Below, piece by piece: positions 9,019 through 18,561 of a DNA stretch of 64,000 nt. The notes under the pieces were generated by a model. It saw only the letters and a program-made list of their open reading frames with translations, made no database searches and was not told the DNA's origin. Positions within the stretch are counted from its first letter, which is position 1. Each line of letters begins with the position of its first letter. The stretch comes from Pontiella sp. GTDB taxonomy: Bacteria > Verrucomicrobiota > Kiritimatiellia > Kiritimatiellales > Pontiellaceae. Where the stretch lies: positions 44,256 through 108,255 of the forward strand of contig JBNLDM010000117.1 in NCBI GenBank assembly GCA_050304335.1. The letters run 5' to 3'. A program made the position numbers and the translations under genes.

Positions 9019-9768
9019 CCCACTGAGCTGTTTCAAAAGTGTTTCCGCCTTGGCGACGTCGGATGGGGTGTCCACACCGATGCCGAAATCCTCGGTCTGG
9101 ATCACCTTCATGCGGCAACCCATATCCAGTGCCCGCAGCTGTTCCAGCTTTTCGAGACTTTCGATTTTGCAGGGCGGTTCGGCGACGAGTTTCAGGAGGT
9201 AGTCTCGGCGGTAGGCATAGATACCGATATGCCGCCAGTAGATACCCGTCTTGGCAACGCCTTCAGGCTCGCGGATGTGCGGAATGGTGGAACGCGAAAA
9301 GTAGAGCGCCTGGCCATGCCGGTTGAAAAGTGCCTTGACGACAGATGGATCGTTGATCTGGATGTCGTCCTTGATAGGGGTGGCTGCTGTTGCCATGTCC
9401 CAATCATCCGATGAAATGACCTCGGCCAGCTCATTGATCAGGGCCGGATCGATCAACGGTTCGTCGCCCTGAACGTTGATGACGGCATCGACATCGAGAT
9501 TCTGGATTGCTTCCGCGATTCGGTCCGTGCCGGAGGGATGATCGGAGCGGGTCATCGCGACCGTGACATCCGCCAGACCGAGATCCTGCACGCAGTCCGC
9601 TATTCGCCGGTCGTCGGTGGCCACAATCACGGCATCGAGTTTTTCCGCCTGGCTCACCCGTTCCGCAACCCACTGGATCATCGGTTTGCCCGCTATCATC
9701 GCCAGACTCTTGCCGGGAAACCGGGTCGAGCCCCACCGCGAGGGAATGACTCCCACTATTCCACTCAT
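9016..9768 (-). CDS. kdsB: CMP-KDO synthetase
   Basis: IPSRWGSTRFPGKSL, SGTDR, NVQGDEP, HIGIYAY and EKLEQLR motifs. Confidence 0.97.
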   Translation of the reverse strand: MSGIVGVIPSRWGSTRFPGKSLAMIAGKPMIQWVAERVSQAEKLDAVIVATDDRRIADCVQDLGLADVTVAMTRSDHPSGTDRIAEAIQNLDVDAVINVQGDEPLIDPALINELAEVISSDDWDMATAATPIKDDIQINDPSVVKALFNRHGQALYFSRSTIPHIREPEGVAKTGIYWRHIGIYAYRRDYLLKLVAEPPCKIESLEKLEQLRALDMGCRMKVIQTEDFGIGVDTPSDVAKAETLLKQLSG

Positions 9769-9778
9769 GCACGCTCCA

Positions 9779-10552
9779 TTAGTTTGTCTTGTTCCAAAAT
9801 CCTTTACCTTCGCCGGATACCGACTGCAGCTTCGCCGTAATGCTTCCGACTGCGACCCTGGCTTTTATACATGTAACCACACGGCGCTTTTCCTTTGAAA
9901 CCCAAAAGAACACTTTCCCCTTGCGCAGGAAAATGCCATCGAAATCGGCTATAGGCTCGATTTCAATGCTGGGCACCTTTCCGTATTCGTCGACTTTGAT
10001 CCGATCCTCATCCTTGATCCTGATGGTAAGGTCATACAGTTTACCGGTGACCAGCAGACGATGCTTCTGTGCCGCCAGTTCTTCGATATCAGCATTCCGG
10101 CTTCCGTAGATAAAACTGAATATTTCCTGCGTGTTGCTTTCGATCGGAACCTCCCGGATGTCCTTACTGATGCGGTCCTGGAAGATTGCGATTTTCTTGT
10201 CGTGGTAGAAGGTTGTCAGATGGCTTTTGTGGATGGATCCCTCGTTGATGATCCAGTCGTGACGGACAGGCAGGGCGGTTGCGGGATCGATCCATACCTC
10301 GGTCTTATCTTCCACTTCGAATATATGCCTGTAGGCACTGTAGGTTTGGGCAATCAGGGTTATGTGGAACAGTTCACGGCCGTCTTCAACGACGGTTTCC
10401 GTGGTCGTGGTCGACCAGGCAATGGGTATGCCCAGCCAATAGATTCCGTATTCCACCACCTCGCCGGATACGAAACAGTCGGAATAGTCGTCCGCAGCGG
10501 CGGAACCGACTATCAGCGCTGAAACCAGAATGGATCCTAACCATTTCAGCAT
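9779..10552 (-). CDS. Exported DUF3108-like protein
   Basis: Signal peptide; GEVVEYGIYWLGIP N-terminal pattern; C-terminal W.S......V..I.A.V.VGSI pattern. Confidence 0.65.
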   Translation of the reverse strand: MLKWLGSILVSALIVGSAAADDYSDCFVSGEVVEYGIYWLGIPIAWSTTTTETVVEDGRELFHITLIAQTYSAYRHIFEVEDKTEVWIDPATALPVRHDWIINEGSIHKSHLTTFYHDKKIAIFQDRISKDIREVPIESNTQEIFSFIYGSRNADIEELAAQKHRLLVTGKLYDLTIRIKDEDRIKVDEYGKVPSIEIEPIADFDGIFLRKGKVFFWVSKEKRRVVTCIKARVAVGSITAKLQSVSGEGKGFWNKTN

Positions 10553-10555
10553 GGC

Positions 10556-11020
10556 TTATCTCTTGAACTGCCGGCATATCACGCCGGCTTCCCGGAAGAG
10601 TTCCTTCGCCTGGTCGGTGAAGTGGTATTCGGTTTCATAGACCACCTCCTTGATGCCGGCGTTGATGATCATTTTTGTGCACATAAGGCACGGGCTGAGA
10701 TTGCAATAGAGGGCGCTGTTACGCACCGAGATCCCGTGGTAGGCGGCCTGCACGATCGCATTTTCCTCGGCATGGGCGCAGATACAGTCCCCGAGACTGC
10801 CGCCCGATGGTGCATCGCTGGAGCATCGTGGACAGCCTCCGTCGCAGCAGTTGGTGATGCCGCGCGGTGTGCCGTTGTAGCCCGTGGAAATGATGCGGCG
10901 GTCACTCACGATTACCGCCGCCACCTTCCTTCGCGAACAATTTCCGCGCCGCGCAACGACGTGCGCTATGTCCATGAAATATTCGTCCCAATCGGGTCTC
11001 TTCTCGGATAGATCAGTCAT
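10556..11020 (-). CDS. dCMP deaminase family protein (ComEB-like)
   Basis: RPDWDEYFM, TGYNG, HAEENAI and PCLMC zinc motifs. Confidence 0.92.
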   Translation of the reverse strand: MTDLSEKRPDWDEYFMDIAHVVARRGNCSRRKVAAVIVSDRRIISTGYNGTPRGITNCCDGGCPRCSSDAPSGGSLGDCICAHAEENAIVQAAYHGISVRNSALYCNLSPCLMCTKMIINAGIKEVVYETEYHFTDQAKELFREAGVICRQFKR

Positions 11021-11051
11021 CCAGCGAACATACCTGCCTGCGGGACAGCAA

Positions 11052-11912
11052 TCAAGATTCGTAGAGGCGTATGATGGCAGGTACCACATCGCACAGGCTG
11101 CCGGCGGTCCGGAATGAATCCGCCTGCTCCCCGATGGCGATCAGTGGGACGGGATTGCGTGTGTGGGTACGCACCGAGAGATCCTCGATATTGCCATGAT
11201 CGCTTGTCAGCAGGACGAGCCGTCCCGATGTGTCGGCAAACCGCTCCAGAACGGAAACAAAGCGTTCCAGCGTATCCAGACAGCGCCGGGCGACGGCGAG
11301 GTCGCCTGAATGGCCGGCGCGATCCGTCAGGAAATGCTCAAACAGCGTCAGATCGTTTTCTTCGGCTATGGCGATCAGATGTTCAGCCGCTTCTTCCGGA
11401 GCGACGAGCGGTCCCTTGTAGCCGCGGGCGTACATGGTTTCCCGGGTAATGTCGTGGCACACGGCTTTGCCGTGGTCCAGTTCGGCGTTGCCCCGAACAT
11501 GCCCCAGGGCGGAGAGGGTCATGACGGTGGTCACCGATTTCCGGCGTGGAGGGATCTGGTTCGCATCGATGTTCAGATAGCAGTTGGCAAAGGTGCAGCG
11601 CTTGTCGAGCTTGCGCAGCTTTGAGAAGAGATTTTCGTGCTCGATCAGTTTTTTAAGCGCGGGGGGCGGGAATCCTTCGATATGGCGGCCCATGGCCATG
11701 GGTGCATTGATCCCCGTAAGCAGCGATGCCTGTCCCGTTGCACTTTGCGGCAATCCGCCCACGCCCAGACAGGCATCCAGTGGTATGGAACGGGCGATCA
11801 GTCGTTCGAGCACGGGAAACCGTCCGCCGGCAAGCGGATTGATTGCGGGATCGTCCGTGCCGATACCGAATCCATCCACGAAAACGAATATGATCTTCAA
11901 TCCAGCGTTCAT
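11052..11912 (-). CDS. Alkaline-phosphatase-superfamily metalloenzyme (phosphopentomutase/iPGM-like)
   Basis: FVDGFG, PQSATGQ, TDRAGH, TSDHGN.E and HTRNPVP motifs. Confidence 0.8.
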   Translation of the reverse strand: MNAGLKIIFVFVDGFGIGTDDPAINPLAGGRFPVLERLIARSIPLDACLGVGGLPQSATGQASLLTGINAPMAMGRHIEGFPPPALKKLIEHENLFSKLRKLDKRCTFANCYLNIDANQIPPRRKSVTTVMTLSALGHVRGNAELDHGKAVCHDITRETMYARGYKGPLVAPEEAAEHLIAIAEENDLTLFEHFLTDRAGHSGDLAVARRCLDTLERFVSVLERFADTSGRLVLLTSDHGNIEDLSVRTHTRNPVPLIAIGEQADSFRTAGSLCDVVPAIIRLYES

Positions 11913-11953
11913 GTTCACTACATTTGCTACCGCTTTTCAGTATCGAGCGCAAA

Positions 11954-12982
11954 ATGAATAAAGAGGATTTCAAACCCTGGTTGAAGGAGGCGACCGAACG
12001 GATCGGCGCGCATTCGGCGGCGTGCATCCGGATGGACAATCCGATCCTCCGGCAGCGGGTGGAGGAAAACAACGCGCTCGTTTCCGCGTGGCTGAAGGCC
12101 GGAATGCATGGCGAGATGGACTATCTGGCGCGCCTCTATCCGGATAAGGCGGATCCGTGGCAGACCTTCCCGTTCGCGAAATCGGTCATTGTAATCGCAT
12201 TCACCAACAACTGGGGCAGCCCCGAAGCCGTCCACCCGTTTCCGGATCCGAAGCCGGATGCGCTGCTGGGCTACATTTCCGCCTACGCCAAGGAGATCGA
12301 CTATCACGCGAACGGGCAGGCGATGCTGGCCGAATTGAAGGATTTACTGGGCGAGGGCATCCAGACCGAAGCTGCCGTGGACACCAGGGCGGTCTACGAA
12401 CGGCTGTTTGCAACCGTGGGCGGGCTGGGTATTCGCGGAGGAAACGATCTGTTGCGGGTTCCCGATCGCACCAACGTACGCGTATTCATCGGCTGCCTGT
12501 TTACGGATGCCGAGCTGCCGGAGGTGATTCTCGAACCGAGGATGCCTTTTTCCTGCGACGACTGCCTTGCCTGCATTAAAAAATGCCCGACAGGGGCGAT
12601 CCAGTTCGGGGAGCCGATCAATGCGCCCATATGTATCAGTTATCTCACTATTGAGAAGCGTGGGGTGCTGAATCGCAAGGAAGCTGACATGATTGAGGAT
12701 TGGCTGTTCGGCTGTGACTGGTGTTCGGTGGTCTGTCCGCCGCGCGATAAAATCGACACACGCATACCGGTGGACCTGGAATGGCTGCTCAAAACCCCGA
12801 CAGCTGAACTGCGTCGGTTAATCAAGGGAAACGCGGTTTCCTACGCGGGAATCACACAATTACGCAAGAATGCCGTGGTTATCCTGAAAAAGGATGATTC
12901 TCCCCGGTCGCGTCAGCTGCTCGAATGGGTGGAAAAGAAAACAGGCAGTGAGCTGGTTCGGAACCAACTCACCGCCTGGTGA
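11954..12982 (+). CDS. queG: Epoxyqueuosine reductase QueG-like
   Basis: MHGEMDYL, YA...DYH, VDT, CDDCLACIKKCPTGA, CISYLTIE and FGCDWC..VCP motifs. Confidence 0.85.
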   Translation: MNKEDFKPWLKEATERIGAHSAACIRMDNPILRQRVEENNALVSAWLKAGMHGEMDYLARLYPDKADPWQTFPFAKSVIVIAFTNNWGSPEAVHPFPDPKPDALLGYISAYAKEIDYHANGQAMLAELKDLLGEGIQTEAAVDTRAVYERLFATVGGLGIRGGNDLLRVPDRTNVRVFIGCLFTDAELPEVILEPRMPFSCDDCLACIKKCPTGAIQFGEPINAPICISYLTIEKRGVLNRKEADMIEDWLFGCDWCSVVCPPRDKIDTRIPVDLEWLLKTPTAELRRLIKGNAVSYAGITQLRKNAVVILKKDDSPRSRQLLEWVEKKTGSELVRNQLTAW

Positions 12983-13119
12983 GGAGGAGATGATTGTATA
13001 AGCTATATAGCAATCGGCGTGCCAATATAATTGAAGCTTATTGATACTTCTCTCCTGCCGATTGGCTGGTACAGTTTCCACTTTTATTGATCGAGCAGTA
13101 AACAGGATAAATTTGCGTC

Positions 13120-13653
13120 ATGAATGATCAGTCTGGTGGTTACACCCTTCTCGGTAAAATCGGTGCAGTCTGGGGTATTGTCGGGCTTAGCTGGCTGTTT
13201 ACCAGTGCGCTGGTGCGGCTCTATCCCTATGCACGGAAAATGGAGGAGTGTCCGCTGGCCTGGTATCACTGGGCGGGTCTGGTGCTGTGCCTGGTATTCA
13301 TGGGCTATGCGGAAGGTTACAAGGGATTCCAGCTGCGGTTTTCCCCCCGAGCCGCTGCCCGGGCGCTCTACATTATGAAGAATCCGACGCTGATTCGCGT
13401 GGTTTTCGCCCCGCTGTTCTGCATGGGATACTTCTACGCCACGCGCAAGCGCAAGATCGTGGCTTATTCACTGACCACCGGCATCATCTGTCTGATCATC
13501 GCGGTCCACCACACTCCGCAACCCTGGCACGGCATCATTGATGTCGGCGTGTTGTTCGGTCTGGGATGGGGCATGGTCTCGGTGTGGGTATTTGCCATCA
13601 AGGCGCTGCTGGGTAAAAATTACGACATCTCGCCCGAGACGCCGGATGCCTAG
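13120..13653 (+). CDS. Hypothetical membrane protein (about 4-5 TM segments)
   Basis: Hydrophobic segments; conserved-looking YAEGYKGFQ..FSPR and PQPW.GIID.GV blocks. Confidence 0.75.
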   Translation: MNDQSGGYTLLGKIGAVWGIVGLSWLFTSALVRLYPYARKMEECPLAWYHWAGLVLCLVFMGYAEGYKGFQLRFSPRAAARALYIMKNPTLIRVVFAPLFCMGYFYATRKRKIVAYSLTTGIICLIIAVHHTPQPWHGIIDVGVLFGLGWGMVSVWVFAIKALLGKNYDISPETPDA

Positions 13654-13755
13654 GCGGATTGTCCGGATCGCTTCCTGATTCCTTGCCAACCCTTTTGCGC
13701 TCTGCCACAATGATCCACAATCCGAAGGGCACGCCGCCCGGTTGAAGGGGAATAT

Positions 13756-15471
13756 GTGGAAGCGTTTCAACATGTGATCGATTCAACGATCCATGACGGT
13801 CATCCGGGCCCATTCCTGGTAGTCAGCATTCTGATCCTGGTAGGCGCAATCGGGGGATGGGTCGCGGGTCGTCTGCATCTGCCGCATATCACCGGCAACA
13901 TTCTCGGCGGCATCGTCGTCGGGCCCGCCTGCCTCGGAATCATCGGCACCCACAGCGAAATGCTTGCCATGCAGCCGCTGTCGACCTTTGCCATGAGCCT
14001 GATCGCCGTGAGTATTGGCGGTCATCTGTCCTATCGACGCATTCACAACTCCCTGCGGCGCATCGTTGCCATCTCCGCCATGGAGGTGTTCCTGTGCGTA
14101 AGCGTGGTGGTGGCCGTGGCACGACTGTTCCACCTGACCTGGCCGGTTGCACTCATGCTGGGCGCCATTTCGGCCGCCACTGCGCCGGGTACGACGCTGG
14201 CATTAATCCGGGAGCTGCGCTGCAAGGGACCCTTTGTAAAGACACTGGTTTCCGTGGTCGCCCTCGACAACATTGCCTGCATCATGCTCTTCGTAATGAT
14301 GCGTACCTTCTTGTCGGCATACTTCAAGAGCGGCGAGGCCATGCATGAACTGGGCGATGCCCTGTTCCTCGCTGTCTACAACCTGCTTGGAGCCCTCCTG
14401 CTCGGCTTTCTGACCGGCTGGATCAGCAAGACTCTGGTCAGCAAGCCGCGGTTTCACGATTTCAGCACCATTTTCGTGGCGATCATGGCCTGCGACGGGC
14501 TGGCTGCCTATCTCGGTTTGAGTCCGCTGCTGGTCAATCTGTTTTTCGGAGTCTTTCTGGGCAACAGCTCTGAAGTGGCCGAAAAGCAGTTGACCACGCT
14601 GGAACCCCTGGAACCCATTCTCTATGTCTGCTTCTTCACCTTGGCCGGGGCATCGCTGCACCTGTCATCATTGAAGGAAGTGGGCGGCCTGGCCTTCATT
14701 TATCTTCTGGCGCGGCTCGTCGGCAAGGGGGCGGGCGCCGCGCTGGGTGGCCTCGTCGGAAAATGTTCCAAGCGGATCTGGCAGAACATGTCCTTTTCGC
14801 TGGTTCCCCAGGCGGGGGTGGCAATCGGATTGGTGATCCTGCTCGATGGAGACGAGAACATTCCCGCAACAATGACCCGTGCAGTCGGTGCCATCATATT
14901 GGCCGCCGTTACCGTCAACGAAATTGTCGGTCCCTTCTGCACGAAAGCCGCACTGATACGGTCGAAGGAGAACGGCCGCGATCGCCAACGGCTGGTTGAG
15001 TTCATGGCCGAGGAGTTCATCATGGTCGACCTGAAGGCGACGGACCGGTGGGACGCCATCCGCCAGCTCACCACATTCCTGATGCGCACACACCGGGTTG
15101 AACACATTACACTCGAGGAGCTATACCAGACCATCGTTGAACGAGAAAAGCTGATGTCTACGGGAATGGGGAAAGGAATTGCCATCCCGCATGGCCGCAT
15201 CAAGAAAGGTCGCGACATCCAGGGGGTCATCGGCATCTGCCGGGAGGGCGTGGACTTCGACGCGCCGGACGGACTTCCCGTAAAACTGATCATGCTGATT
15301 GCAACGCCGGAAAAGAAAGCCGATATGCACCTGAAAGTTATGGGCAGCGTGTCCGCCATGGTATCCAACGAAACGATCCGCAACCGGCTCATTGCCGCAA
15401 TCAGCCCTGAAGATGCCATGGATGTTATCGAAAGCGAAGAGGCGCGCGGCTTTAACTATTTCCTCGAATGA
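13756..15471 (+). CDS. CPA2-family cation:proton antiporter-like protein fused to a C-terminal PTS EIIA domain (copy 1)
   Basis: About 12-13 TM segments with ATAP and PQAGVAIG motifs; EIIA motifs RE..MSTGMGKGIAIPHG and FDAPDG.PV. Confidence 0.88.
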   Translation: MEAFQHVIDSTIHDGHPGPFLVVSILILVGAIGGWVAGRLHLPHITGNILGGIVVGPACLGIIGTHSEMLAMQPLSTFAMSLIAVSIGGHLSYRRIHNSLRRIVAISAMEVFLCVSVVVAVARLFHLTWPVALMLGAISAATAPGTTLALIRELRCKGPFVKTLVSVVALDNIACIMLFVMMRTFLSAYFKSGEAMHELGDALFLAVYNLLGALLLGFLTGWISKTLVSKPRFHDFSTIFVAIMACDGLAAYLGLSPLLVNLFFGVFLGNSSEVAEKQLTTLEPLEPILYVCFFTLAGASLHLSSLKEVGGLAFIYLLARLVGKGAGAALGGLVGKCSKRIWQNMSFSLVPQAGVAIGLVILLDGDENIPATMTRAVGAIILAAVTVNEIVGPFCTKAALIRSKENGRDRQRLVEFMAEEFIMVDLKATDRWDAIRQLTTFLMRTHRVEHITLEELYQTIVEREKLMSTGMGKGIAIPHGRIKKGRDIQGVIGICREGVDFDAPDGLPVKLIMLIATPEKKADMHLKVMGSVSAMVSNETIRNRLIAAISPEDAMDVIESEEARGFNYFLE

Positions 15472-15537
15472 GGCGGCGTGCTTTGCCAGACTCGCGCGCA
15501 AGCAACTGGAAATGGATACCCAGCAAAGGAAACCAAT

Positions 15538-17253
15538 GTGGACGCACTGAAACAGATCGCTGATTCAATTATTCACTCCGGACACATGAGTCCGTTTCTG
15601 GTGATGGGAATTCTTGTATCGGCCGGTTTTTTCGGCGGCTGGGTTGCCAAACTGATACGATTGCCCCATGTCACCGGCAACATACTGGGCGGCGTCGTAG
15701 TAGGTCCTGCGTGTCTGGGGCTGATCGGCACGCATGAACAGCTGGAAGACCTCCAGCCCATTGCCACCTTCGCCATGAGTCTGGTGGCGGTGAGCATCGG
15801 CGGGCATCTTTCGTACCGCCGCATTCACAACTCCCTGCGTCGGATCATTTCCATTTCCCTGCTGGAGGTGGGATGCAGCGTCATGATGGTGATGGTTGCT
15901 GCGCGTCTCTTCGGCATGGACTGGCCGACGACCTGCCTGCTGGGAGCCATTGCGGCCTCCACCGCACCCGCAACCACCATTGCCTTGATCCGCGAGATGC
16001 GCGCAAAAGGCCCGTTCGTCAAAACCCTGATTTCGGCCGTCGCGTTAAACAACATCCTCGCCATCCTGCTCTTCGTCATGATGCGCACCTTCGTGGCATC
16101 CTACTACGAGAGCGGCGCCACTTCGGGGAAGGTCGATGATGCGCTGATTCTGGCGGCCTATCATCTGGCGGGGGCGACCCTGCTGGGGTTGTCGACCGGC
16201 TGGATCTGCAAATTTGTCGTGAGCAAACCGAAGTTCCACGATTTCACCACCATCCTGCTGGCGATCATGCTGCTCGACGGGCTGTCGTCGTATCTGCAGT
16301 TGAGTCCGCTGCTCGTCAATCTGTTCTTCGGGGTTTTCCTCGGCAACAGTTCGTCCGTGGCGGAACGGCAGCTCACGACGCTCGTTCCGCTGGAACCGAT
16401 CCTGTACGTCTGCTTTTTTACGCTGGCCGGTGTTTCGCTCCATATCGACGCCATGCTGGCGGTTGGTTTGCTTGCGACGGTTTATATCTGCGGACGCGTG
16501 CTGGGCAAGAGCATCGGTGCCGCGTTGGGCGGCTTGCTTGGGAAATGTTCTTCGCGCATCTGGCAGAACATGTCGTTCGCACTGTATCCGCAGTCCGGTA
16601 TCGCCATCGGTCTGGTCATTCTGCTGAGCAACGATGCCTACATCCCCAATGAGATCAAACAGACGGTAAGCGCCATCATCCTGGCGGGTGTTACCGTCGC
16701 CGAAATTGTCGGTCCATTTTGCACCAAGGCCGCGCTGGTGCGTTCAGGCGAAGCCAACCGCGACCGGCAGCGACTGGTTGAATTCCTTGCCGAGGAGTTC
16801 ATTGTGGTTGATCTCAAGCCGTTCGATAAATGGGATGCCATCCGGCAGCTCGTCGCTTTTCTGATGAAGACCCACCGCGTGGAACACATCAGCGAGGAGG
16901 CGCTCTACAATTCCGTCGTCGCCCGCGAAAAAGAGGTGTCGACTGCCATGGGCAAGGGGATTGCGCTGCCGCATGGCCGCATCGAAAAGGGACCGGCGAT
17001 CGAGGGCGTGATGGGTATTCTGCGCGATGGAATCGATTTCGATGCGCCGGACGGAGAACCGGTAAAGCTGATCATGCTGATCGTAACACCCGAGGAAAAG
17101 AAGGACATGCATCTCAAGGTGCTGGCCAGCCTTTCAGCCATGGTGCGCGATGAATCCATACGCACCCGCCTCATGGCCGCTCTGAGCCCCGAGGACGCCA
17201 TGGAAGTCATCGAGAGCAAGGAAGCGCGCGACTACAACTATTTTCTTGAATAG
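15538..17253 (+). CDS. CPA2-family antiporter-like protein fused to a PTS EIIA domain (copy 2)
   Basis: Full-length paralogue of 13756-15471; GIALPHG EIIA motif; GTG start after AAGGA. Confidence 0.88.
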   Translation: MDALKQIADSIIHSGHMSPFLVMGILVSAGFFGGWVAKLIRLPHVTGNILGGVVVGPACLGLIGTHEQLEDLQPIATFAMSLVAVSIGGHLSYRRIHNSLRRIISISLLEVGCSVMMVMVAARLFGMDWPTTCLLGAIAASTAPATTIALIREMRAKGPFVKTLISAVALNNILAILLFVMMRTFVASYYESGATSGKVDDALILAAYHLAGATLLGLSTGWICKFVVSKPKFHDFTTILLAIMLLDGLSSYLQLSPLLVNLFFGVFLGNSSSVAERQLTTLVPLEPILYVCFFTLAGVSLHIDAMLAVGLLATVYICGRVLGKSIGAALGGLLGKCSSRIWQNMSFALYPQSGIAIGLVILLSNDAYIPNEIKQTVSAIILAGVTVAEIVGPFCTKAALVRSGEANRDRQRLVEFLAEEFIVVDLKPFDKWDAIRQLVAFLMKTHRVEHISEEALYNSVVAREKEVSTAMGKGIALPHGRIEKGPAIEGVMGILRDGIDFDAPDGEPVKLIMLIVTPEEKKDMHLKVLASLSAMVRDESIRTRLMAALSPEDAMEVIESKEARDYNYFLE

Positions 17254-17277
17254 GGCATTTTGCATCCGCAAAAAGAA

Positions 17278-17322
17278 CAGGCGACACACGAACCTGAGGG
17301 GTATGCATCCGTGTATCGCCTG
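17278..17322. terminator. Hairpin between convergent genes (possible terminator)
   Basis: CAGGCGACACACG...CGTGTATCGCCTG imperfect inverted repeat; no clear T tract. Confidence 0.4.
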
Positions 17323-17337
17323 CGTATGTGATGGATC

Positions 17338-17790
17338 TTATTCTTCGATAGGCGGCCGCTGTGTTCGGTCGGCACGCGGCGCTTCATCCGTAGCGGCTAA
17401 CGCATCGCGGTAGGCTTTACGCGCAGCGCGTTCGGCGGGTGACAACGTGCCGTCACGATTGATGTCAAACCGCAGTTGACGTTGCTGCCGGTTGCGGAGC
17501 GGTTTCGCCGCCGGCTCGTTTGCTCCGGCACCCATAGCCGCTTGATGCCGGCGTGCCTGCGGTGCCCGATCTGGTCCAAACTGCTGCTGTCTGGCGTTGG
17601 CCTGCAGACGCGGTCTGTGCTGCTTCGTAATTTCGGCCTTGCTGATGCAGGGGCTTCCACAGACCGGACATTTGAAGCCGGCCGGTTGCCGGATGGGTTG
17701 TCGGTTGCGTTCCTGCATCTGTGCGTTGGCGGAGAAGGCGACAGCACTGATCGTTGCAAGCATTGCGAGAGTTGCGGTTTTTGTATTCAT
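17338..17790 (-). CDS. Exported hypothetical protein with a CxxC motif and an EF-hand-like loop
   Basis: Signal peptide ending ANA-Q; CPVCGSPC; FDINRDGTLSPAE; GGAGG RBS. Confidence 0.7.
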   Translation of the reverse strand: MNTKTATLAMLATISAVAFSANAQMQERNRQPIRQPAGFKCPVCGSPCISKAEITKQHRPRLQANARQQQFGPDRAPQARRHQAAMGAGANEPAAKPLRNRQQRQLRFDINRDGTLSPAERAARKAYRDALAATDEAPRADRTQRPPIEE

Positions 17791-17886
17791 GGTTTCATAC
17801 CTCCTTCGGTTGCTTTTCCGTTACACCTGTATAACGAAGCGGGGGAGGAATTATTTTGTTTGTATCTGTAAGGGATGAATGCATGT

Positions 17887-17963
17887 GGCAGGGACGGCTC
17901 GACGAGCCGTCCGCAAGTTTCCGGGTGCTGTCTGCCCGGCGCTTTCGTAGAAAACGCCCTACC
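17887..17963. repeat. REP doublet (GGCAGGGACGGCTCGACGAGCCGTCC plus inverted GGTAGGGCGTTTTCTACGAAAGCGCC)
   Basis: Two GC hairpins with GCAG/GTAG feet in inverted orientation; related copy at 52570-52618. Confidence 0.7.
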
Positions 17964-18336
17964 TCGCTTCAAAGACGTGATGCCAGATGGAGGTGCCGTT
18001 CATGAAGAAATCGAGCCGTCGTGAATCATCGGTCCATGCGATGGCGGGTTCCGCCGATTCGGGCGGGATGTTGGTGTACGCCGGCAGGTGGTACAGTCCC
18101 AGCCAGGCAAACTTTTCATCCTCCCGGTAGTAGATCTTGTAGGAGGGTTGACCGTCGAAATAGAAGTAGCGGCGCAGGCGCGCGGTCTTCGTACCGTCCG
18201 GGGAGCGAAGATGCATAAGCTCCTCGCTCGGCGGCGTGAGAATCCTGAAAGCAACGTAAACAACGAAGGCCGCGAAAGCCAGCGTTCCCAGCTGCTTGAG
18301 GTTGAAGAGCGGCGTTCTCTTGTAGATCCGTTTCAT
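17959..18336 (-). CDS. Hypothetical membrane-anchored protein
   Basis: One N-terminal TM helix; SPDGTKTA beta-propeller-like turn. Confidence 0.6.
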   Translation of the reverse strand: MKRIYKRTPLFNLKQLGTLAFAAFVVYVAFRILTPPSEELMHLRSPDGTKTARLRRYFYFDGQPSYKIYYREDEKFAWLGLYHLPAYTNIPPESAEPAIAWTDDSRRLDFFMNGTSIWHHVFEAR

Positions 18337-18561
18337 GGAAGAAAATATCGGGCATCGATTGAGGAATGTCGAATCCCGATATGAGTGCATCGAAGGTCCG
18401 GCATTTAATGAAACCGGTTTAAATCTGGAATCATTGCAGGGTGGGCATGGTTGAGCCTACCTGCACGCCGGTTTTGGCTGTCTCAAATCCCGGTTATCGG
18501 CGGGAAGGTCTGCAACCATTCCCGCCCTGTAAAACACGATTCATCCGCCGTTCGATCCAAT

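Noticed and set aside
5661-12982. que gene cluster as a 7-deazaguanine DNA-modification (dpd) system
   Set aside because: No dpdA/tgt-like or dpdB-K genes; queF and queG point to tRNA queuosine synthesis, and the context is housekeeping
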